In this document: piece by piece, positions 17,767 through 27,160 of the stretch
Layout of the letters: every line of letters begins with the position of its first letter
Position numbering within the stretch: position 1 is the first letter of the stretch
Assembly: GCA_965204745.1 (NCBI GenBank)
Contig: OZ242010.1
Span: forward strand, 2,848,001-2,912,000
DNA length: 64,000 bases
Direction of reading: 5' to 3'
Source of the DNA: Candidatus Latescibacterota bacterium
Lineage (GTDB): Bacteria; Latescibacterota; UBA2968
Program-made: the position numbers and the translations under genes
The notes under the pieces: model-generated
What the model was told of the DNA's origin: nothing
Databases searched by the model: none
Seen by the model: the letters and a program-made list of their open reading frames with translations, nothing else

Positions 17767-19347
17767 ATGGCAGAATTTAGTTTGGAACGCTACAAGATCA
17801 CCAAGCCCGCGGTGTTGCGAAATGCCTCGCCCGCGGTGCTCTACGAGGAAGCCCTCACCCATGAAACCGGGTCCGCCATCACCAGCACTGGGGCCTTGGT
17901 CGTGCGCTCGGGCGCGAAAACCGGGCGCAGCCCAGGCGACAAGCGCATCGTGGAACACCCGGACAGCGCGGGCGACATCTGGTGGGGCGAGGTCAACATC
18001 AAACTCGACGAGCACACCTTTCTCGTCAACCGCGTGCGCGCTGTTGACTATCTCAATGTTTGCGACCGCATCTATGTCGTGGATGGGTACGCGGGTTGGG
18101 ATTCCAAATACCGCATCAAAGTGCGCGTGATCTGCGCGCGTGCGTACCAAGCCTTGTTCATGCACAACATGCTCATGCGGCCCTCGCGCACGGAACTCGA
18201 AAATTTTGGCGAACCCGATTATACCATCATCAACGCGGGCCGGTTTCCCGCCAACCTGTACACCGCCAAAATGACCTCGACCACCAGCGTCAACCTCAGC
18301 TTTGAATTTCGAGAAATGGTCATTTTGGGCACGGAATACGCCGGCGAAATGAAAAAGGGCATCTTCACCGTGCTCAATTACCTCTTGCCCAAACAGGACA
18401 TTTTGTCCATGCACTGCGCGGCCAATGTGGGCGAACAGGGCGACACCGCGCTCTTTTTTGGCCTGTCCGGCACCGGCAAAACCACCCTGTCTGCGGATCC
18501 GCAGCGCAGCCTCATCGGCGATGACGAGCACGGTTGGAGCGAGCGCGGCATCTTCAATTTTGAAGGCGGTTGTTACGCCAAGTGCATCGGCCTATCCCGT
18601 GCGCGCGAACCCGAGATTTACAATGCCATCCGCTTTGGCACCGTGCTCGAAAACGTGGTTTTTGACGCCATGACCCGCGTGGTCAATTACGACGATGATA
18701 CCATCACCGAGAACACCCGCGCGGCCTATCCCATCGAGTACATTCCCAATGCACAAATCCCCTGTACGAGCGGGCATCCGAAAAACATCATCTTTTTGAC
18801 CTGCGATGCCTTTGGCGTTTTGCCGCCGGTGAGCAAACTCACACCCGAACGAGCGATGTACCACTTCATCAGCGGGTACACCGCCAAAGTCGCGGGCACG
18901 GAAATGGGCATTACCGAGCCACAGGCGTCTTTCTCGGCCTGCTTTGGCGCGCCCTTTCTCGTGTGGCACCCGGGGAAATACGCCGAGCAACTCGCAAAAA
19001 AAATGCAGCAGCACAACGCGGACGTGTGGCTGGTCAACACCGGTTGGTCCGGCGGCGGGTACGGCGTTGGCAAGCGCATCACCCTGACCAATACGCGGTC
19101 GATCATCCGCGCCATCCACAACGGCGCGCTGGCAGATGTCCCGTACGAAACCGATCCGCGCTTTGGCTTCAGCGTTCCAAAAACCTGTCCCGACGTCACG
19201 GGCAGCATCCTGTCCCCGCGCACCACCTGGTCCAACCCAACCGAATACGACGCCCGCGCCGCGCACTTGGCCCGGCTATTTAAGGAAAATTTCGCGCAAT
19301 TTGAAACCGGCGTCTCGGATAAAATCCTCCGCGCAGGGCCTGTGTAA
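17767..19347 (+). CDS. pckA: Phosphoenolpyruvate carboxykinase (ATP)
   Basis: [33 protein letters not shown]. Confidence 0.97.
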   Translation: MAEFSLERYKITKPAVLRNASPAVLYEEALTHETGSAITSTGALVVRSGAKTGRSPGDKRIVEHPDSAGDIWWGEVNIKLDEHTFLVNRVRAVDYLNVCDRIYVVDGYAGWDSKYRIKVRVICARAYQALFMHNMLMRPSRTELENFGEPDYTIINAGRFPANLYTAKMTSTTSVNLSFEFREMVILGTEYAGEMKKGIFTVLNYLLPKQDILSMHCAANVGEQGDTALFFGLSGTGKTTLSADPQRSLIGDDEHGWSERGIFNFEGGCYAKCIGLSRAREPEIYNAIRFGTVLENVVFDAMTRVVNYDDDTITENTRAAYPIEYIPNAQIPCTSGHPKNIIFLTCDAFGVLPPVSKLTPERAMYHFISGYTAKVAGTEMGITEPQASFSACFGAPFLVWHPGKYAEQLAKKMQQHNADVWLVNTGWSGGGYGVGKRITLTNTRSIIRAIHNGALADVPYETDPRFGFSVPKTCPDVTGSILSPRTTWSNPTEYDARAAHLARLFKENFAQFETGVSDKILRAGPV

Positions 19348-19527
19348 TACCAAATATTGGAACACCTCAACCCGTTTTCAGAGGGGAATTTCGGCATGGT
19401 TGCAAAGGAAACAAAATTTCAAACCGTCTGAGAATAATCGCAAAGACGCGCTCCAAGCAGAACTCACATTGTCTTAGCGCGCGACTAGACGCCCCCCGCT
19501 GACCGCTTGGAAGCTTGGGCTTGGGTG

Positions 19528-19563
19528 GACTGACAACTGACAACTGACAACCGACAACTGACG
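19528..19563. repeat. Heptamer tandem repeat (ACTGACA)n
   Basis: gactgacaactgacaactgacaaccgacaactgac; related runs at 43213-43245, 45346-45366 and 59264-59278. Confidence 0.85.
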
Positions 19564-19574
19564 AGGAACTTTAC

Positions 19575-20147
19575 ATGGGACTGATAAAAGAAATTCTCGA
19601 TGGCAGTACGACCCTGTTGCGTGGCATGAAAGTCACATGGGACAACTTTCGGAAACCGCCGGTCACCTCGCAATATCCAAAAGAAAAAATCGAGATGTCC
19701 AAGGCGTTTCGCAATGTGATCGTCCTCATCGAAAAAGAGGACATTGGCTCGCACGACTGCATCGACTGCAAAGCCTGCGAGCGCGTGTGTCCGTCTTTCT
19801 GCATTGAGTTGGATGGGGAACGGCCCGAGGGGTTGCGGCGCAAACGGGCGACCAAGTTCATCGTCGATTTTGCCCTGTGCAGCGACTGCGGGTTGTGCTT
19901 GGACGTGTGTCCCACAGACACGCTGGGATACAGCGAGGTTCACGATGAAGCCGGGTACCAGCGCAGCGACTTTCTCTACGACCTCATCGAACCGTGGGCG
20001 GACGGGGAAGACGCCGCGCGCGAACGCCTCAAAGAAATCGAAGCCGAGCAAGCCAAAGAACGCGCCCAACGCGCCGCAGCACGGCGAGCATCGGCGAAGA
20101 AGGCGAAAAAGGGCGTGCGGAAAATCCCGAGAAGCAGGGGGCAGTGA
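19575..20147 (+). CDS. nuoI: NADH-quinone oxidoreductase subunit I
   Basis: Two CxxCxxCxxxCP motifs; VTSQYP. Confidence 0.88.
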   Translation: MGLIKEILDGSTTLLRGMKVTWDNFRKPPVTSQYPKEKIEMSKAFRNVIVLIEKEDIGSHDCIDCKACERVCPSFCIELDGERPEGLRRKRATKFIVDFALCSDCGLCLDVCPTDTLGYSEVHDEAGYQRSDFLYDLIEPWADGEDAARERLKEIEAEQAKERAQRAAARRASAKKAKKGVRKIPRSRGQ

Positions 20148-20647
20148 TGCTCGAACAGGTGGTCGTCTATATTTTTGTGGCCCTGGTCCTGATCGGGGGA
20201 TGCCTGGCCGCGTTTTCCCGGCAAGTGCTCTACGCCATCATCGGATTGGGGATCAGCCTCTTGGGCTTGGCGGGCTTGTTTCTCCACTTGGGCAGCCCGT
20301 TTGTCGCGGCGATGCAGGTGCTCATCTACATCGGCGGAATCACGGTCGCCATCGTGTTTGCGATGATGCTCTCCATTGCCATGTCCGTGCGCCCGCCAGA
20401 TCCGGATGTCCGCAAACTCATTTTTGCAATTGTGTGCGCGGTGCTGTTTTTCGTCTCAATCGCCTATTTGATCCGCGACACAACGTTTCGGCAAATCGCG
20501 TCGCCTGCCCCTGAAAAAGCGTGGGCCGTGGGCGCGTTGGGCCACGCCTTGCTCACGCATTACAACCTCGTGTTTGAAACCCTGTCACTCATTTTGCTCT
20601 TGGCGATCATCGGCGCCATCCTGATCGCCCGCAAGGAGAAAACGTGA
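20147..20647 (+). CDS. nuoJ: NADH-quinone oxidoreductase subunit J
   Basis: QVLIYIGGI, FETLSLILLLAIIGAI; TGATG coupling. Confidence 0.92.
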   Translation: MLEQVVVYIFVALVLIGGCLAAFSRQVLYAIIGLGISLLGLAGLFLHLGSPFVAAMQVLIYIGGITVAIVFAMMLSIAMSVRPPDPDVRKLIFAIVCAVLFFVSIAYLIRDTTFRQIASPAPEKAWAVGALGHALLTHYNLVFETLSLILLLAIIGAILIARKEKT

Positions 20648-20949
20648 CCCTCGAAGCCTATTTGCTCGTGGCCGCCGCGCTGTTTGCATTCGGGTTGATC
20701 GGCGCGCTGTCCCACCGCAACCTCATTGCCCTGCTCATCGGCATAGAACTCATGATGAATGCCGCCAGTTTGAATCTGATGGCGTTCAATCGGTTCGTCG
20801 TCACGGATCCCACAGTGGGCCAAATTTTCGTCCTGATCATCATCGGGCTGGCCGCTGCGGAAGTCGCTATTTTTTTGTCGATCATCCTGCGTCTGTATCG
20901 GGCGTACCGCGATATCGATGCGGAAAAACTCACGGAACTGAGCGGTTGA
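20644..20949 (+). CDS. nuoK: NADH-quinone oxidoreductase subunit K
   Basis: IELMMNAASLN, AAAEVA. Confidence 0.95.
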   Translation: MTLEAYLLVAAALFAFGLIGALSHRNLIALLIGIELMMNAASLNLMAFNRFVVTDPTVGQIFVLIIIGLAAAEVAIFLSIILRLYRAYRDIDAEKLTELSG

Positions 20950-22778
20950 TGGATACCCTTTCTCTCATCCTGTTGACCACGGGCGCGCCCCTGGCGTGTT
21001 TTGTCATCGCCCTCCTCTTTCTGATGCAACGCCCCGGCGCCGCGCAAGTGCTGGTCTTGTTCGGCAGCGCGGTTTCCCTCATCAGCGCGGTCTGCTTGCT
21101 GGTGCAAGGCGCGGTCGATCCCCTGCGGTTTTTGTGGTTTCAAAGCGGGGCGTTTCAACTGCAATTTGGCTTTTTCCTGGACGGCGCGAGTCTCATGTTC
21201 GGCGTGGTCGTCTCCCTGATAACGGCGTGTATCGCGCTCTATTCCACGAGCTACATGGCACATGACCCGGGCAAGACGCGGTATTTTGCGATGTTGGGGT
21301 TTTTCGCGTGGTCCATGCTGAGTTTTGTCTATGCGGTGGATCTCTTGCAGGCGTTCATCTTTTGGGAACTCGTGGGCCTGGCTTCGTTCTTCCTCATCGG
21401 GTTCTGGTTTGAAAAACCCGAGGCCGCAGGGGCCGCGCGCAAAGCCTTTCTCATGACCCGCCTAGGCGACGTGGGCCTGTTCATCGGGATTTTGCTCATT
21501 CTCCAACTCGCGCAAAGTTTTGACCTGCCCGGCCTCTTGGACGCAGAATCCGGGCTTGGGACCCGCGTATCGCCCGGCGCGCTCAATGCCATCGCATTGC
21601 TCATTTTCGTCGGCATTATGGGCAAAAGCGCGCAGTTCCCCTTGCACACCTGGCTGCCAGACGCGATGGAAGGCCCGACGCCGGTCAGCGCGCTGTTGCA
21701 CTCGGCGACGATGGTGGCCGCAGGGGTCTTTCTGATGATCCGCTTGCACCCGCTCTTCATGGCCGCGCAAGACGCCGCGCTCATCGTTTTGAGCATCGCC
21801 ACGTTCACGGCCCTGCTCGCATCCACCATCGCCATGGTCGATAGCGACATCAAAAAGGTGCTCGCGTATTCCTCGATCAGCCAACTCGGGTTTATGCTGA
21901 TGGCCCTCGCGGCCGGTAGCTTATTCGCGGGCGTCTTCCACCTGATCACGCACGCGGTTTTCAAAGCCCTGCTCTTTCTCTGCTCGGGCATCTACATCCA
22001 CGCCTTTCACACCAACCACATAGCCGAAATCGGACGGCGCGGGGGACGGCACCTCAAAACCGCGACCCTCGGCCTCCTCATCGGCGGCGCGGCTTTGGCG
22101 GGCGTGCCCCCATTGGCAGGGTTCTGGAGCAAAGAAGAAATTTTCGCCCAACTCGGTCACAATGGTTTTACCATTTACATGGCGGGTGCGTTTTTGGCCG
22201 CGTTCCTCACCGCGTATTACACGTTCCGCATGATTTTCCTCATCGCAAAACCCGGGCAGGTGCAAGCCCCTGAAGCTGGATCTGCCGAACCCCTGGCGAT
22301 GAAACTGCCCGTGTGGTTGCTCGCACTCGGCGCGGTCGTGCTCGGTTTTTTTGGCCGCGACATCGCATCGGGCTTGGGCCTCATCGCGCCGCAGCACAGC
22401 GTCGCGTCGATGCTGCCCGCTATCGGGGTCGTCCTCCTCGGCATCGCACTCGCGTATTACGACTATGGCCGCGCCAATGCACCGCGCACCGGCTTCATCC
22501 GCACCCTCGCGCCGCTCAATACCCTGTTTGTGAACAAATGGTACATCGACGACCTGTACCGCGTCACCTTCGTCGCCCTCACCAACGCCCTGTCCCGCAT
22601 CTTGCACTGGGCAGAAACCCACCTTCTCGACAACAACTACGACCGCTTCGGCCTGGGCATCTTACGCACGGGCGCGAAATCGACCCGCATCCAAAACGGC
22701 TGGATGCAACTCTACTTGGGCTGGGCCATTCTCTTGCTGGCCGTGCTGGTGATAGCTTTACGGGACCTACCCCCCTAA
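20949..22778 (+). CDS. nuoL: NADH-quinone oxidoreductase subunit L
   Basis: KSAQFPLHTWLPDAMEGPTPVSALLHSATMV. Confidence 0.95.
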   Translation: MDTLSLILLTTGAPLACFVIALLFLMQRPGAAQVLVLFGSAVSLISAVCLLVQGAVDPLRFLWFQSGAFQLQFGFFLDGASLMFGVVVSLITACIALYSTSYMAHDPGKTRYFAMLGFFAWSMLSFVYAVDLLQAFIFWELVGLASFFLIGFWFEKPEAAGAARKAFLMTRLGDVGLFIGILLILQLAQSFDLPGLLDAESGLGTRVSPGALNAIALLIFVGIMGKSAQFPLHTWLPDAMEGPTPVSALLHSATMVAAGVFLMIRLHPLFMAAQDAALIVLSIATFTALLASTIAMVDSDIKKVLAYSSISQLGFMLMALAAGSLFAGVFHLITHAVFKALLFLCSGIYIHAFHTNHIAEIGRRGGRHLKTATLGLLIGGAALAGVPPLAGFWSKEEIFAQLGHNGFTIYMAGAFLAAFLTAYYTFRMIFLIAKPGQVQAPEAGSAEPLAMKLPVWLLALGAVVLGFFGRDIASGLGLIAPQHSVASMLPAIGVVLLGIALAYYDYGRANAPRTGFIRTLAPLNTLFVNKWYIDDLYRVTFVALTNALSRILHWAETHLLDNNYDRFGLGILRTGAKSTRIQNGWMQLYLGWAILLLAVLVIALRDLPP

Positions 22779-23606
22779 CCCCCCTTCCTAAGAGGAAGGG
22801 GGGAACGCGGATGGGTTTTGCGAGAGGATAGCGTGAGGGATTTTTAATCGCTTTATAGCCCTCGTTCAACGCCATCAAAACAGCGATTGATATAAGCCAT
22901 CAAAGGAGCTTTACTCCCCTTTCCTCGCAGGAAAGGGGCCGGGGGATAGGTCCCATACCCTATGCCCTCGCGCAACGCCATTAAAACGGCCATGGATATA
23001 AGCCATCAAAGGAGCTTTGCTCCCCTTTCCTCGCAGGAAAGGGGCCGGGGGATAGGTCCCATACCCTATGCCCTCGGTCAACGCCATCAAAACAGCGATT
23101 GATATAAGCCATCAAAGGAGCTTTGCTCCCCTTTCCTCGCAGGAAAGGGGCCGGGGGATAGGTCCCATGCCCTATGCCCTATGCCCTCGGTCAACGCCAT
23201 CAAAACAGCGATTGATATAAGCCATCAAAGGAGCTTTGCTCCCCTTTCCTCGCAGGAAAGGGGCCGGGGGATAGGTCCCATACCCTATGCCCGTGCTCAA
23301 CGCCATCAGAGCAACCATAGATATAAGCCATCAAAAGAGCTTTGCTCCCCTTTCCTCGCAGGCACAGGCGTAGCCTACAATGAGCGAAGCGAATAACGGG
23401 GCCGGGGGATAGGTCCCATACCCCATGCCCGTGCGCAACGCCATTAAAACGGCCATGGATATAAGCCATCAAAAGAGCTTTACTCCCCTTTCCTCTCAGG
23501 AAAGGGGCCGGGGGATAGGTCCCATACCCTAGGCCCTCGGTCAACGCCATCAAAGGAGCTTTACTCCCCTTTCCTCGCAGGAAAGGGGCCGGGGGATAGG
23601 TCCCAT
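22761..23606. repeat. Array of ~106-bp units with the hairpin CCCCTTTCCT-CGC-AGGAAAGGGG (7 cores plus one inverted related core)
   Basis: Cores near 22915, 23021, 23127, 23240, 23346, 23484 and 23566; inter-core sequences are homologous to each other. Confidence 0.95.
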
Positions 23607-25080
23607 GCCACTTCTCTCTGCCATACTTCTCGTTCCCGTGCTCACGCTCGTCGTGCTTTTGCTGATGCCCAAGCGCGCTGTGCGGAGTATTCGGTGGGTG
23701 TGTGCGTGCAGTGGTTTGTCAACCTGTGCGTTGGGTGTGCAACTCTGGATGGGATATGACCCTGCGGTGGGCGGCATTCAGTTCGAGGAAATGATCCCGT
23801 GGGTCGCGGCGATGGGCATTTCCTATCACCTCGGCGTGGATGGGTTTGGCACGGTGCTCGTCATGCTCAATGCCCTCGTGTATTTCACCGGGGTGCTCAC
23901 CATGTGGGACTTGGAAACGCGCGTAAAAGAATACTTCGCGTTTATGGTGCTCTTGGTCATCGGCGTGTTTGGCGTGTTTCTGTCGCTGGACATGTTCTTC
24001 TTCTTCTTCTTTTACGAAATCGCGGTCGTGCCCATGTACCCCCTCATCCTGATCTGGGGCAGCGGGAACAAGGAATACGCCGGGATGAAACTCATGCTCT
24101 TCCTCTTGGCCGGCAGCGCGTTGCTCTTTCCGAGCCTGTTGGCGATATACCACCACGCGGGCCTCAACACCTTTGACCTCATCGCCCTGTCCAACCACAG
24201 CTTCGACTCCGACTTTCAGATTTTCGTCTATCCCTTCCTGTACATTGGTTTTGGCGTTCTGGCCGGCCTGTTTCCCTTTCACGGCTGGTCCCCCACGGGC
24301 CACGTCGCCGCGCCATCTGCGGTCTCCATGCTGCACGCGGGCGTTTTGATGAAACTCGGCGCGGTTGGCATTCTCAGTATTGGCATGCGCCTGTTGCCCG
24401 AAGGTGCCGTGTATTGGGCGCCGGTCTTTGCGGCCTTGGCTGTAATCGGGATTATATACGGCGCGTTCGTCGCCATGCGACAGACCGACTTCAAATTCGT
24501 GATCGGCTTTTCATCCGTGTCGCACATGGGCATTGTCTTGCTCGGCCTCAACCTCGCGGTCTTGGGCACCACCGCAGGCGCAGACGCGCTCAATGGCGCG
24601 GTGTTTCAGATGTTCGCGCACGGCATCATGACCGCCCTGTTCTTCAGCACGGCTGGGTACCTCTACGACAAAGCCCATTCCAAAACCATCGGGGATTTCG
24701 GGGGCTTGGGCGCGCAAATGCCGCGGGCCGTGTCCATCTTCATCGTCGCGGGCCTGTGTGGGGCGGGCCTGCCCGGGCTGGCGAGTTTCTGGGCGGAACT
24801 GCTCGTGTTTCTCGCGGCATTGAAAATCTATCCCATTGCCGGGGTCATCATCGTCATCGGCCTCGTGCTCACGGCGATTTACATTTTGCGCGTCTTCAAC
24901 CTGGCCTTTTTCGGCCCGCCCAATCCCAAGTGGGAAAACCTGCGGGCCATGGACATGGCGGGCCTGCACCTGCTGCCGAGGGCCATTTTGATCGCCGTGC
25001 TCGTGCTCTTCGGCTTTGTGCCGCGCCTCATGCTCGACTTGATCAACAGCACGACGATGGCGTTTTTGGATGTGTTTTGA
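23605..25080 (+). CDS. nuoM: NADH-quinone oxidoreductase subunit M
   Basis: FFYE, FPFHGWSP, LMKLG, SSVSHMG. Confidence 0.95.
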   Translation: MPLLSAILLVPVLTLVVLLLMPKRAVRSIRWVCACSGLSTCALGVQLWMGYDPAVGGIQFEEMIPWVAAMGISYHLGVDGFGTVLVMLNALVYFTGVLTMWDLETRVKEYFAFMVLLVIGVFGVFLSLDMFFFFFFYEIAVVPMYPLILIWGSGNKEYAGMKLMLFLLAGSALLFPSLLAIYHHAGLNTFDLIALSNHSFDSDFQIFVYPFLYIGFGVLAGLFPFHGWSPTGHVAAPSAVSMLHAGVLMKLGAVGILSIGMRLLPEGAVYWAPVFAALAVIGIIYGAFVAMRQTDFKFVIGFSSVSHMGIVLLGLNLAVLGTTAGADALNGAVFQMFAHGIMTALFFSTAGYLYDKAHSKTIGDFGGLGAQMPRAVSIFIVAGLCGAGLPGLASFWAELLVFLAALKIYPIAGVIIVIGLVLTAIYILRVFNLAFFGPPNPKWENLRAMDMAGLHLLPRAILIAVLVLFGFVPRLMLDLINSTTMAFLDVF

Positions 25081-25133
25081 ATCAAAAAAGCATGCGAATC
25101 GGCAAGAGTGTTGTGTCGAGATAGGAAAAATAA

Positions 25134-26558
25134 ATGGAAAACGCCCTTCTCTTCGCGCCGGAAATCGTTTGCCTGATCATGGGCCTCGCGCTCTTTTTTA
25201 GCGCGGTGCTCAACTGGTCGTATCGCGTCACTCGGCGCATTGCCATGGCATTGGGCATTGCGATGGTCGCGGCGTGTGTGTGGACCTTGCCCCTCGAGGG
25301 CGAACCCTTTTTCCCCGGCATCTACGCGGTCGATTTCTTCTCGCAACTAATCAAAACCGCGCTCGCGGTCGGGTTCTTGTTCGTCGCAATCGTCAGCGCA
25401 GAACCGCTCACGGTCGACCGCAGTGCCTGGGCCGAGATGCCGCTCTTTTTGATCTGTTCCACGCTCGGCATGATGATGATGGTCAGCGCGACCGAGCTCC
25501 TCACCCTGTACGTGGCGATGGAATTGGCCGCGTACCCGGTCTATATCGTCGTCGCGTTGCACCGCAATGTGGATACCGGCGGCGAAAGTGCCACCAAATA
25601 CATGGTGCAGGGCATGGCGGCCTCGGCCATTTCGCTCTACGGGATGAGCTTCCTCTTCGGCGCGTTTGGATCGACTTACTTTTCCGCCATCGGCTTGTCG
25701 CACGCCGCGTCGCAACCCATCTTCTACTTGGGCTTGTTTCTCGCGCTCGCCGGCTTCTTCTTCAAACTCGGCGCGTTTCCCTTCCACTTTTGGGCACCGG
25801 ACGCGTACCAAACCGCGCCCCATCCGGTCATTACATTTGTCGCCACAGTATCCAAAATCGCGGCCATTGGCATCTTGTGCCGGTTGTTGTCGCTGGCGAT
25901 GCCCGGCGGCTGGGAATCGGCCCACGCGCAAACCGCGCTGATGTGGGCGAGTGTCATCGCCATGACCTTGGGCAATCTGGCCGCGCTCGCACAACGCGAT
26001 CTCAAACGCCTGCTCGGGTATTCCACCGTCGCGCACGCGGGTTACGTTCTCCTCGCATTGCAGACCTTCGCCGAATCCGGGCTGACCGCGGCCCTGTTTT
26101 ACGCGCTGGGCTATTTTGCCATGTCCTTTGCGTGCTTCCTCGCGATCTGCGAAGTGGGCCGCAGCGAAGACCACCTCCCCATCAACGCCGTGTCCGGCCT
26201 TTACAAACGCGCGCCATTGCTCTGCTTTACCCTGCTCATCGGCTTGTTCGGCCTCATTGGCCTGCCGCCCACAGTGGGCTTTGTCGGCAAGTGGTTCCTC
26301 TTTTCCGCGGCCCTGCAACGCGGGCAATTCTACCTCGTCCTGATCGCCGCGATCAACGCCACAGTTGCCATGTACTATTATCTCCTCATCATCCGCCAAC
26401 TCTACTGGGCAGAGCCTACGACCCAAGAGCCGATCAAACCGCAACCCCTCGTCGCGCTCACCGCACTGGCGACCATCATCATCGTGGTCGCAATGGGCAC
26501 GGTGCCCGGGCCCTTTTGGGATATGGCCGCGCGGGCGGCGCGGGGTCTCGTTCAGTAG
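25134..26558 (+). CDS. nuoN: NADH-quinone oxidoreductase subunit N
   Basis: FKLGAFPFHFWAPDAY, KRLLGYSTVAHAG. Confidence 0.95.
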   Translation: MENALLFAPEIVCLIMGLALFFSAVLNWSYRVTRRIAMALGIAMVAACVWTLPLEGEPFFPGIYAVDFFSQLIKTALAVGFLFVAIVSAEPLTVDRSAWAEMPLFLICSTLGMMMMVSATELLTLYVAMELAAYPVYIVVALHRNVDTGGESATKYMVQGMAASAISLYGMSFLFGAFGSTYFSAIGLSHAASQPIFYLGLFLALAGFFFKLGAFPFHFWAPDAYQTAPHPVITFVATVSKIAAIGILCRLLSLAMPGGWESAHAQTALMWASVIAMTLGNLAALAQRDLKRLLGYSTVAHAGYVLLALQTFAESGLTAALFYALGYFAMSFACFLAICEVGRSEDHLPINAVSGLYKRAPLLCFTLLIGLFGLIGLPPTVGFVGKWFLFSAALQRGQFYLVLIAAINATVAMYYYLLIIRQLYWAEPTTQEPIKPQPLVALTALATIIIVVAMGTVPGPFWDMAARAARGLVQ

Positions 26559-26795
26559 GTCGTGTTGACATTTTATTTTTGGGAATTATATACAAAGTGG
26601 CCGGAATCATTATTACACAAATTATTCGATTAACACACTTCGAATCCATAAGATACTCTCTAAGAAATCGAAATCGCATGTTCACCCCCGCAAACAAATA
26701 AGAATTATCAAAATTATTCAAAAAATATCCCCCCAGACAGACAACAGAAAACCCACCTGAGAGGATATTCTCTAAATACACCTCATTACAACATG

Positions 26796-27023
26796 TTAAT
26801 GTCCATTAAAGACTTTCTCCATCCTTTCCATATATCCCCGATCACCCCCAAATTCCTTCTCCAACCTCTGTCGCAAAAATTGACGTTCCGCCTGTCGACC
26901 TTCTTGTCGACCTTCTTGTCGACCTTCTTGTCGACCTTCTTGTCGACCTTCTTGTCGGGCCTCATCGCGCAGTTTCTTTGCACGGTATTCCCGTCGATTA
27001 GACAAGAAGTCAAAAAAATACAT
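26796..27023 (-). CDS. Small ORF with (QEGR)n repeats, possibly the 3' part of an interrupted passenger gene
   Basis: 12-bp tandem repeat at ~26893-26958. Confidence 0.45.
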   Translation of the reverse strand: MYFFDFLSNRREYRAKKLRDEARQEGRQEGRQEGRQEGRQEGRQAERQFLRQRLEKEFGGDRGYMERMEKVFNGH

Positions 27024-27030
27024 GATCCCA

Positions 27031-27160
27031 CCTGATACCTTTCTGTTGACACTTATTAACAGTCAAGCCAAAGTCAATAAGTGTTCAACCAGTGCAAGTT
27101 ACGTCAAACAATCACGCAACTTGGGTGTATCCCCCAAAGCACGGAGAAAAATACCCCGTG
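27031..27160 (-). ncRNA. Putative omega/reRNA scaffold at the IS607 right end (5' boundary uncertain)
   Basis: Hairpin acacttatt...aataagtgt at 27049-27084, directly after the tnpB stop. Confidence 0.55.

Noticed and set aside
22761-23606. CRISPR array between nuoL and nuoM
   Set aside because: Inter-repeat sequences are homologous to each other rather than unique, the period is ~106 bp, and no cas genes are present
26796-27023. Rpn/YhgA transposase
   Set aside because: Only the low-complexity EGRQ repeat is present, with no PD-(D/E)xK domain
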